DNA from: Utricularia gibba
Taxonomy: Eukaryota; Plantae; Magnoliophyta
DNA length: 64,000 nt
Direction of reading: 5' to 3'
Assembly (NCBI GenBank): GCA_002189035.1
Contig: NEEC01000014.1
Coordinates: 186,001 to 250,000 of the forward strand
Shown: positions 25,150-36,500 of the stretch, in pieces
Layout: every line of letters begins with the position of its first letter
How positions within the stretch are numbered: position 1 is the first letter of the stretch
Translations under genes and position numbers: made by a program
The notes under the pieces: model-generated
Database searches by the model: none
What the model saw: only the letters and a program-made list of their open reading frames with translations
What the model was told of the DNA's origin: nothing

Positions 25150-28100
25150 ACTTCACTTGGTTCACGAGTCATAAATTGTGATCATGAACATGTATGTCAT
25201 ACTTCTGCGCAAACCAGTGTGATCCAGTGGCACAACTCTCAGAATGGATGATAGAAAAATGATTCGGAAAACCCAAAGGTTTATTGGACACTCCCGCCTG
25301 GGCAACTGAAATCCTTCTTTTGTAAAACTTCAGAGCCCTTCACTGATGGGTTTGAGTTGAAAAATTACAAAGAATACATTATTGTTCACCACGAATGATG
25401 GAGAAGCTTGCTCTTGGGTCTTTTGCCAGGTTTTGAGGACAAATGACGCCTGAACATGTTCCATATGGCTAGTAGTCATCTAATATGGAAACAATTATGT
25501 CGAAGTAACTGTATCACGACACCCTGGCCCTGATATCGAAGAATAATACAAAAGGTTGATCCACATTTTAAATAATAAAATTCTATTTTTTTGTTTGTAG
25601 AAAAATGCAAAAGAAATAGCAGATCATATTGTTTCAGTCTGAACTGGGTTACTCTATCAAAGTTGATGCTGCTAAAATGCTGTATTCCATAGTATTTTGG
25701 AATCATCGAAGAAATATCAGATATCAAATTCTCAGATTTTTGCTGCAGCACATGCCAGAAAGGAAAATCAACTAGACATTCCTTTCATATGAGTACAACC
25801 AAAAGCAAGGAAAAGCTGGAATTAGTACATATAGACCTCTGCGGATCATTCAAAGAGCCATCCTTAAGTGGAAGTAAGTATTTTTTGATATTCATTGATG
25901 ATTATAGCAAATATTGTTAGGTCTATTTCCTAAAATCCAAATCAGAAATGTTCGAGCTATTCAAAAGATTCAAGGCAATATCAGAAAAACAAAGTGGTCA
26001 TAAACTAAAGAAATTAAGGTCTGACAATGGAGGGGTTTTTACCAAAGCTATTGAGTCAATACTGCAACAATGAAGTCATTATTCATGAACTCACTACCCC
26101 TACACACCAGAGTAGAATGGAATTAGTGAAAGAAAGAACAGAACAATACTGAATATGGCAAGATGTTTGCTGTTCGAAAAAAATATGCCACTTGGTTTTT
26201 GGGCAGAAGCAGTCTCAACAACAGTATATTTGTTAAACCTACTTCCCTCAAGAGCCATAAATGGGAAAACTGCAATGGAACTTTGGTTAGGAAAAAGGAA
26301 GTCTATTGGTCACCTAAAAATATTTGGCTCTACATGCTACGTGCATGTCCCAAAAGAAAAACGAACAAAGTTTGATGAACGAGCAAAGCTGGGAATTTTT
26401 GTCGGATACAGTCTTGTGACCAAGGGATATAGAATCTATGTACCTGAAACAAAAGAATTACTCATTAGTAGAGATGTAACGTTTGATGAGGAAAATTGCT
26501 ATACATGGACTAACACAAATTCTGTGTGTACAACAATCACATTTGACAAAAGACCATACCTAGTTCAAGACCCACGATCAACTCAGCACATTGATATTTT
26601 CGCTGGAAATTCATCCAATGATATTCCTGAACCTGAACAGAATATTTATGAGGAGAATGCTGAAGAAAACAGAGTAATGGAAAGAGATGACCTCAACACG
26701 AATGGTTATGAAATGCCTGAAGCTGAAACTCATACAGAAAATCTGGAAATAATGGATGCTATAATATCACTAGCTACTCCAGAGGAAGAAAATCTCACAG
26801 ACTCAACAGAAAATACTACGGATGCTGAAAAGTCATCAAATGAAACAGATGATGATGATTGGGACAGAAAACCAGAAGTAAGAAGACAAAGAATGTTGTC
26901 GAATCTATATCAAGATGGATCACTACACACCTCAAGCGTAATGGAAGATAAAAATGAGAGCTCTACTGCTCTATCGGTCGATGTTCTGTCCTGCTATGCT
27001 ATGTCAGACCCTACGACATATCTAGATGCAAGCAAAGATGAGAAGTGGAAAGCAGCAATGCAAAGCGAAATAGATTCAATTCTAGCAAATAATACATGGG
27101 AATTAGTGGATACTCCAGCACACTTGATCACCAAACCGATTGGATTGAAATGGATCTATAGAACCAAACTAAATGCTGATGGGACCATCAACAAATATAA
27201 AGCCAGACTCGTCGCCAAAGGGTACTCACAGATTGCTGGAGTGAATTATGGTGAAGTCTTCGCTCCAGTTGCAAGGTTTGACACCGTGAAGTTGTTACTT
27301 GCCATATCGGCCTGCCAAGGATGGAATGTCCATCACATGGATGTTAAAACTGCCTTTCTGAACGGGGTACTTACAGAAGAAATTTACTGTCAACAACCAG
27401 AAGGATTTATATTGAAAGGAGAAGAAAGGAAAATACTGAAACTCAAGAAGGCACTTTATGGACTAAAACAGGCACGAAGAGCTTGAAACGAAAGGATAAA
27501 TGCCTTCTTTGAGACATAAGGCTTCTCACAAGTGCATGGAGAACAAACGTTGTTTGTCAAAAACGTTCAAGATGACAAGTTAATTGTAAGCATATATGTT
27601 GATGACTTACTGTTAACCTCCAACAGTAATGTATTAATGGCAAGTCTGAAGGAAAGACTTAAGAAAGAGTTTGAAATGACTGACTTGGGAGATATGCACT
27701 ATTATTTGGGAATAGAAGTTGACCAGCAAATTGGAAAAGGGACATTCCTACATCAGAAAAAATACTCTTTAGAATTAATCAAAAAATTTAATCTAGTAGA
27801 TGCGAATGGATGTCGTTCTCCAATGGACACTGGAAAGCAAATGGAAAAATCAATGGATGATGCAGAGTGTGATCAAACTCTTTACCGAAGCTTGGTAGGA
27901 AGCCTAATCTACCTTAGCCACACTCGGCCTGATCTTTGCTATAGCGTAAATCTCTTGTCAAGATATATGAAGAGTCCAAAAATGAGCCACTACCAATCTG
28001 CGAAAAGAGTGTTGAGGTATGTAAAAAGGACATCATCCTATGGTCTATTCTTCACATACTCAGAAGGAAGCTATCCTACTCTAAGCGCATACTCGGACAG

Positions 28101-28828
28101 TGACTATGCGGGAAGTGCAGATAGTAAGAGTACCTCTGGATATTTGATCTGCCTGAATGACAACCCTTTCTCTTGGTCAACCAAACGTCAAATTGTTGTA
28201 GCGCAATCAACAACAGAGGCCGAGTACATATCTGCCTCGCTTGCTTCGAATCAATGTCTCTGGTTGAGACAATTAATCAAGGAAATTGGGTTTAAATAAG
28301 GACCCATACCGTTAAGAGTGGATAACAAGTCCGCTATTCAGATTGCGAAAAATTCTTCTCAATTCAGCAAGGCGAAACATATATCCGTGAGATTCCATGC
28401 CATACGAGATGCTGTGAAAAGGAAGAAGATCACTATACAATATGTGACCTCAGAAAATCAATTGGCCGACATATTGACTAAACCTCTCGGGAGACAAAAG
28501 TTCGAAGAAAATAGACAAAAAATTGGAGTTCACAAGGCTGCCGATTTACCGGGAGTTACCTCCATCAGCGACGGGGGGAGTGTTGACAGTCGCTCATGAG
28601 GAATGGGACGATGTTGAATTGAAGACGGAGGCTGCTAGAGAAAACTCTGGAATATTGAAAAAAAAAAATCTATTTGGTATTAAAACTTTATTTTGTCACG
28701 TGCACACACGTGTTTGAACACCCGAGCCCTACTTATCATATTGTAAAACAAGAAACAGTAGTTTTCTGGCCGCCTGAGTGCTCTTGAATCCTTTGAGTCC
28801 TTTCGTGCTTGAATCCCAAAACTCTACA
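25150..28828 (+). mobile_element. 5'-truncated Ty1/Copia element
   Basis: Decayed zinc knuckle and protease (~25150-25700), pre-integrase CSTCQKGK, integrase, RT ([14 protein letters not shown]), RNase H (DSDYAG, ADILTKPL). PPT 28571-28580; 3' LTR 28581-28828 (TGTTG...CTACA). No 5' LTR found. Confidence 0.9.
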
Positions 28829-29125
28829 TATTGTTCTCCTACTTTGATGCGCCCTGCAATCCCACCTTTCCCACCTTTTGTAAGCCCACTTGGAGGTGTG
28901 ACCGTAACTCTGAGATGTAAAAACCAAGACTTGCAGACTGCTACCAGTGATTCAAGTGGCCGAGTTATCATCTCCGCGTTTGTTAGTTTTGATGCTATTC
29001 GGTTTTGCAGTGTGGTCGTCCCATCAGCACCCCAATGCAGAAGTTATTCTCCACCAAAGTCACTCACAATCTGTTTCCTTACGCCACCTGTGCAAGGCAT
29101 CGTCACCGCCCAACTATGTCCCTGA
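28829..29125 (+). pseudogene. Ole e 1/phylloplanin-like 3' half, copy B
   Basis: YCSPTL...PLGGVTVTLRCKNQDLQTATSDSSGRV...CSVVVP..PQC...IC...QLCP* is homologous to copy A. Homology starts exactly at the LTR end, and the downstream flank also matches copy A. Confidence 0.8.
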
Positions 29126-30185
29126 GTCACCGGCTGGTCATGAATAATAATAATGATGTCCAGTCCATTGTAAGAAACACTTCCATTGAGGGGTGTGCTG
29201 ATCATCTCCTTACTTGATTGATGTAACATGGCTCCCGTGAATAAAGTGTATCAAACTTACTATTCACTTATTTAGGCTGCTGCTCCAATCCATAACATAC
29301 AATCAACTACAAACCAACAACTATTCGTTTCAGGCTCAGTGCCCATGCCAACATTATGCTACAAAAGGCCTAAAGCCTTTTGCCCCTCCTGGTGTGGTAT
29401 GAATGATCTTAAATCGAATCAATACAACTACTTTACAGTAACCTAAGGTTTTGTTTAGCATCCGTATAAAAACCTTGTTTCCTTACAATTTAATAAAAAA
29501 ATATGTGTTTGATTCAAAATATAAGTTAAATACATGTACATATGTTTATGATTTCTTCCAATTGAACCTTTTTATAATTAGCGGGAGAAAATATTTTATT
29601 AAAGTTAATAATGCCATATATTTTTAATAATCATAAATTTGATTTTTAACACAATTTTTTTCAAAAGGTAAGACTAATTTTAATGCATATCAATCAAAAT
29701 TTCTAATTGAATAAACAATACCAATCAACCAAACACAATTTTCATCTTAACTCATAAATAAAGTTTTATCTAATCAATTAATAATTGGAACCTTCCTAAA
29801 TATGAAACCCCTAACCAAAAAAACCCTGAATGGAATCAATAACATTGAAATTATAGTTCATAGCATGATCCCAAACCCTTTACTCCAACTACTGATGACT
29901 AACTAACAAGTTTAATAAATAGGCAATTAGACTTGTTTTTTTTATTCTTGAACAACTCAAATATCTTTTTTTTAGTGCATATCAATTTAATGCGCTGTTA
30001 AGATCAAAGTCAACTTGTACTATTTCGTTAGGAGACTAAGCTAACCATCATTTCTATAATTCAATGAATGCCCTCAAGGCATATTCTGTTCAAATGTTGT
30101 TATTTAATTCCCAAATATGTGGTGGCACGCTTGGGCTATTCGAAATTCGAGCCCTTGGGAGTTGGGAGTAGACTTCACGTATACT

Positions 30186-30737
30186 ATTTAGTTAATTTTT
30201 ATTCAAATCATAATACTAAATCTGAAATTTAAAAATATCATAATATAAACCCTAAAATCTAAACTTAAAATCTAAAACTTAAATTTCAAATCTTAAACCC
30301 TTAAATCTTAAATCACAAAACTAAATATCAAGTTCTAAAATCTAAACCTTCAACTCTAAACCTAGAACAGCGGAGGTAAGATGTGGCAAATTTAAATCTG
30401 AAACCAAAAAAATTAAATCCCAATTAAAATCTTAAACCTTAAATCAGTAATCTTAAAAAATTATGAAATCTTAAACCCTAAACTCTAAATCAGTAATCAT
30501 AAAATTATGAAAACTTAACATATAATATTTCTAAGTTATAAATACTAAATATTAAACTTTAAAATTGAACCCCTAAATTAGAAATCCAAAAAAAAAAAAC
30601 ATTCAAAAACGAAAAAAGCATAAAGTAGGGTAAAGCGCAAAGAACAACTTATTTTTTTGGTAATTTACAAATCTTTGCTATAACTAGGGTAAATGGCAAA
30701 TAAAATAAAAAAGTTCAGGTATTTAACTCATTTCCCC
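30186..30737. mobile_element. Non-autonomous MULE-like/MITE-like insertion with degenerate telomere-like repeats
   Basis: The right end resembles a MULE TIR (reverse complement GGGGAAATGAGTTAAATACCTGAAC). The interior (~30245-30600) has degenerate CCCTAAA/CTTAAA units. Flanked by the direct repeat GACTTCACGTATACT. Confidence 0.5.
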
Positions 30738-30984
30738 GACTTCACGTATACTCTTTAGATCCACCAAATCTTTCATTTCAACAGTTACCATTTGTGATAG
30801 TCATTTCTAAAATGTAAGTTTAAAAAAGAGAATATTTAATTTTTTTGTGTGTTAAGACATGACTTTTTAAGGTATATCTTTGTTGACGTGGGCATCATTA
30901 AATACAGAAAATGGTAGAGGGAAGGGCTCACAGCAATTTGAGTATAAATAGATCCCCTCTGGTTTAATTCAAGTACACAGAGAA

Positions 30985-32042
30985 ATGAAAGAGGACACAA
31001 GGAAAGCTGCATGGCCGGCTGTATTGGTCTTCTTCCTTCTCAACGCCTTTATACTGGGATACATCTCTCAGTACCAAACCCACCTTCCTCAGATTTCTGT
31101 TGTCGTCATTGACGACCACGACGATTTCGGCTTTGGCACCTGCGCCAAAGCCGTCCCCAATGGGACCGAGCGTCAAAAAATCATGGAGAAGGTGTTTCTC
31201 GGTGAATCGCCTTGGCGGGACTTCCCTCCCCCACACTTGCAGCCGCACCTACGGAGTGATTGGACGGATAAAAGGGGCTCAAACAACCCCGTGTTCGAGG
31301 ATCTGATAAACAAGGTAAAGCCCAAGGTCATAATAGAAATCGGGTCCTTTCTCGGGGCATCGGCAACACACATGGCGGACGTCACCCGCAAACTTGGTCT
31401 CGACATTCAAATCATCTGCATTGACCACTTCCGCGGTTGGCCGTTGTACAGTGATGAGGGCCATGGCCCCCCTATAAAGATGCTCAACGGGGACAGCATT
31501 CTTCTCCACCAGTATATGTTGAATGTCGCCCTCGCCAATGCCACTGAAAACATCATATTCCTGCCCTCCTCTGCAACGGGTGCCCTCGACGCTCTCTGTA
31601 GCTGGGGCATTTACGGAGACCTAATCGAGATCGACGCTTCCCATGACTTCCATTCCGTCTGGGATGACATCAACAACGCCTACAAGGTACTTCGCCAAAC
31701 TAGATGCCCTATCAACCCTTCCTCAGATTTAAAAAGAAAAGAAGTCGAATTTATTTAAAAAGAGAGAGAGATGATCGATTTTATAACGTGATCTTTTATA
31801 AGCCGACCTATTCGAGATGCGTATCACGGAAGGTATAAGAAATATTGTATAATAGTCTTTGGGCTACACCATGCTTATAAAGCGTGTTAACCTCCTGTCT
31901 TTCCCAAAAGGTACTGCGACCTGGAGGTATCCTCTTTGGCCGTGATATTGCCATGAACGGTGTCGAAAGAGCAGTGAATCGATTTGCTAAGCTTCACGGA
32001 TTCCGAGTTGCCGTCCAAGATGAACACTGGATCTTGTACTAA
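30985..32042 (+). CDS. Class I SAM-dependent methyltransferase (Methyltransf_24-like) with type II membrane anchor
   Basis: Exons 30985-31686 and 31911-32042 splice in frame (277 aa). N-terminal TM segment, motif I IIEIGSFLGAS, ICIDHFRGW, DLIEIDASHDF, YKVLRPGGILFG. No lesions seen. Confidence 0.9.
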
Positions 32043-33547
32043 TTTCCGGCGGCTACGGAAGCCAATATGTGTTGTTGAGAATTAAAAAATAAATAAATCA
32101 AGTTTATGGTCGAGTTGTGGTTCTTGCTATGATTTGAATGTGTGCTCAAACTTTGTGTAATGTGAACCTGAATCATTGATAGATATTGTTTTGTGCCTGT
32201 TTTATGAATATTTCATGCCTAATTCACGCCGGTGCCTCAACAAAAGTGGAAAAAGAAGAAGAAACACAACCAATGTTATGTTAAAATGGCACCCCACAGT
32301 GGAGAAGGAAATCAAGGATTAGTAGACCTAGACATAAAGAAAACAAGAAAACCCAACGAAAATGGGTTTTCTTGATATATAAATTGCCGCAATATAACAA
32401 GGAGCGACCATTCCATTTTAAGAGAGCATGTAATTATTGAAGGATAAGCACAAGATCCGTAGGACGTCAGCATCAGACAGCAGCATCGCAGCAGTTTTCA
32501 GGCCAAGTTCATTATGTCAGCGAGTAGTTATAGAAGTTACAAGTTTTAGATAAAGTAATTTGGTTGTATGGTTAGTTTTAGATACGAAAGTGCAGGTCTA
32601 TATATTGTAACCAAAACAATGCAATCGAGGAAGCATTAAGTTGAAGTTTATTCTGGTATTACATTTTGTTCTGTCTTGAAAGTGTTTGACATTGGAAGAG
32701 AACGCTTGAAATGTGTAGGGACTTAGAATTGCTTGGTGACAATGAAGAAATTTTATAGCTTCCAAGCTTGAAGCCTTAAAATTGGATTACGATCTAAAAC
32801 AACGAGTTTACAATCTGGAAGCTTGTAAATAAAAGGAGGCCTCGTTGTGGAATGCCCCACTGTAAAAACCAGATTTGCTGAATACCCCGGGTTCTAAAAG
32901 TAATCTCCAAATACCCCTTTTTTTATTATTTTTATTTTTTATATAATTAATGCACATTTTTATCTATTTTAATCTAAAAATATATTTCCATCTGTTTTAA
33001 ATGCACATTTTTATCTATTTAATTTTAAATTCAATTTTGATTTCAAATTAATTCACTTTACAAATTGTAAAATCAAAATTAAATTTTTATTATGAAAATA
33101 TTTTTACAAAAACATGTCTTTACTATAATCGTAATTTACACCTATAACAAATATATAGTATAATGTTATACTAATGTTTTTGAATGCATCATCACTTGTA
33201 CACTTACAATATATTTTTTTGATCACTGAACACAAGTAATCTAGTTAGTAATAAATTTAAATATGAATTGTATTTATATAATGTTGCTATAAAAAATATG
33301 CAATGAAACAAAATATGGTGAATAGTATCCAGAAAACAATTTAATGTTTTTTATGATATTTGGATCATCTAGTATAAAATTATTAAATATTATATATTGC
33401 TTAAAAAATTTATTCATGTGATATTACTTATTATTGAAATATAATAATAAAATAAAAAAATATTTTTATGGTTGTATAAAACAAATTTAACTAAAAATAT
33501 AAATAAATTAAATCAAAATATTATTTAAAGTAAATGCTTATATAAAT

Positions 33548-36500
33548 TGTTATAGTTAAAATCGGTATCCTGTGAGAGGCTGATTTAAGGTGATAGGCAC
33601 GATCGGGAATGTCGCACTTAGTCGCATTTTTCACAGTTGGTTCAATTGAAGTAAAAATGAGCAAAGATTTTTACGTGGAAACCATCGGAAAGCAGAAAAA
33701 CCACGGAACTATCGAAGCTTGCCAGAAAAGGTTTTCACTAGATAGAGGTGGCAAAGAAGAGAATACAAGTTGAAGAATCCTTTTTCCTTTTTTTTTCGTT
33801 CGTCATAATTCCTTCTATTTATAGGAGAGCTCAATCTGACCAAACCTTGACATCTGCAAATACCGGTTGCTTTTTGCAACTGCTATACGATCTCGCTTTT
33901 CAGATATCGGCCGCCTATTATGCCGTAATTCAGCTGCTTTCCAAACTATGTCATATGATTATACCTGTCAGATTTCTGACAGATATCGGTCTGTCGACTA
34001 GCATTATCCCCTCAGATTCCCCTTTTGGCAGTCTTTTAGGAACCAATTACCCTTGACCGATTTATCCTCTATCATTCAGCCCCTCTGATTTACCGATATT
34101 GGCCCTTCCAGTGTAAGTCGGGGAATCAGAATCACTATAATGCCGACTTTTGAGATGCTGCCTTCCATGCATGAGCCATAAACTGCTTTGTATCGATATC
34201 TCTGCCACGCGTCGGCTCGTAAATATGCCACATTTTTTCCCGCCCATCCGGGGTACCTCAAACGTCACGTCGCTTCGTCTCCTGAGTCCTTCCATTATAA
34301 ATATCCGCACCCCTTGTCATTTCTCCTCTTTGCTTTCTTCATTCGCTCTCGAGATTCCAACGCTCTCTGAACTCTGCAGTGCTTGCCGCCGTGTTATCCA
34401 CCGGAGATTACAAATTTTCCAGATATCCACTCCTTCTCCGTAACTTTTTGCATCCCTACGGTTGCTTAACTCCCTTTTAGGTCTTTGGAAATTTTTCACG
34501 GGTAGCTATCGCCTTTCTGAGTCGTTTAGCCTCTCTAACTTCTGCCTCATTCTAGGGTTTGGGGCTTCTTTCAATTTTTCGAAAATGGGTAGGAGATCTA
34601 GTGAACTTAATATCCCCTCTCTTCACATTCAGTACTCGATCCCTGATGAGTATCAACTTTCTCTTGCTCGAGATGCCGAAATCCCTTGGGGGATAGGCGA
34701 GGACTCCTTGCCTCCATTCAGTCTTCCGGTTCCGCTTGCCAATTTCGAGAGTGGTTTACGCTTCCCACTCCATCCTTTAATAGTCCACTTTCTCTACACC
34801 TTTGCGATTCTGCTTTATTGCCTTGCCCCGAATTCCATATTCTGTTTCACTACCTTCCTCTTTTGACTCTGGTAGATTCCCTCCATCTCTTCAAGGTTGC
34901 CGTGCGTAAAGCGAAGTCCTCGATGGATGGCCGATCTCATTTTCAATTCCGCCGATTTGAAGATAACCCCAACTTTGTTGTTAAAGCCCCCGATACCCAC
35001 CATGATTGGTGGTCTTCCTTCGTTTGGGTAGCTCCCCCTTTGGGTTTTCGGTGGAACTTCCCAGTCGATCCCCCAACTCCTTTTAGGATCAAAATCTTTG
35101 GTGCGTATCGGTCTTCTTCCGAATCTCGTGAAGTCCTTTATGAGAGGCTTAGTCGAGGCTCAGTTCGGTACGAGTCTCGTGCCTTGATGTTCTCGGGTGA
35201 GTCGCTGAAAGATCAAGTATTATCGGTCGTTCTCGAGACCCCCATTGGCCCGATATTGTTCCTTTTGACGGCACCGATTCGAGAAGCCTTCCTCTTAGCC
35301 TCTCTCCATCCTTCCCTCTTGTTTCGGCTTCACCCCCGATCCCCCAACCTGTTCAAACCGGGGCCCCCAAGAAAAAGAAGAGGGTTAAGACAGTTACACA
35401 CAAACCCTCAAAGAGGTAAAGAGGTAGTCGGGTTCAGCTTTCCCGAGTCTCAGAATCGGCACTATGCCTTATTGCTTTTCCTACTTTCGTTTTCAGCTGA
35501 AGAGATGGCTCGAAGAAGCTCCCTGGAAGATTCGGTGATGGCGCGATTCTCTGCCGAGATGCAGAGGATGCAGGAACCCAAGGAGCCCTCCCCTGCACCA
35601 GTCTGTCTCCTATTTAATAGTTACCGCAAATTCCCGATTATAATCTTTTTTCGGTTTTTCTTTTAGGCTGATACGATTGGAGCTCAGCTAGACGCCGTCG
35701 ATCCTTCCTCGGGGGAAGATCACGTAGTAGAAGTCTCCGAGATCCGGGAGTTGACTCCCCGTCCTTCAGCCGGGAAAGGGAAAGAGAAACTTCCTCCATC
35801 ACCCGATCTCATTGATACTCCCATTCCTAATGCGAGATTCTTTTCGGCTGGTGCTTCAACATCGTCTCCCCCAATCGAGATACAGAGGGATTTTGCCCTC
35901 GTAGAAGTAAGGGATAACCCGGTGCTTCCTCTACCTTCAGTTCCAACTGAACTAAGGAGAATCCTGGATGGAGCTATGCCTAGTACCTCGGATGTTCGGC
36001 CGGAGGCGGTACTTGAAGGGATCTGGCAGGTACGTATCCCGTTTCCTCTTCTAAATTCTAAGTAGTCGGTCCTTGACTTGGAATATTCTTTCAAGCTTTA
36101 ACTCTTGGGTGGGGAGTGGTTAGAGAGATTGGTTCTCAATTGGAGGCAGTCTCTTGGCTTCAAGCCTAGGTTGTGGCTCAGAACGCCCAAATAAAGTTGT
36201 TGGAGGAGGAGATGAGTTCGTTGAAGACCGTTTTAGGGAAACGCACCCGCCAGGAGGAAGAATTGCGGAATGTGATCGAGGAAATGGGAAAGGCGGTTGA
36301 CGATGCTAAATCAGAGAGAGAGGGCTTCAAAGTCCGATTTGAGGAGGCAGAAGCGGAGTTAGAGCATGCCAGGGGCCGCATTTCAGCACAAGAGGCTGAA
36401 TTACTTGATCGACAAGTATCTCGGCAGGGTCTTCTAGATGACTTTGTCAACTCGGCCTGTTTTGCCGAACTCTCCGATATCTATGTAGGAGACTTAATCG

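Noticed and set aside
25261-25560. Long frame with only TGA stops, first read as an unknown decayed host exon
   Set aside because: Better explained as the degraded Copia zinc knuckle/protease region.
32274-32691. Possible solo LTR ending TTTGACA
   Set aside because: No matching TSD and no confident 5' end.
32850-33547. TIR-like start and AT-rich tract hosting the Gypsy insertion
   Set aside because: No partner TIR is visible, so the element cannot be defined.
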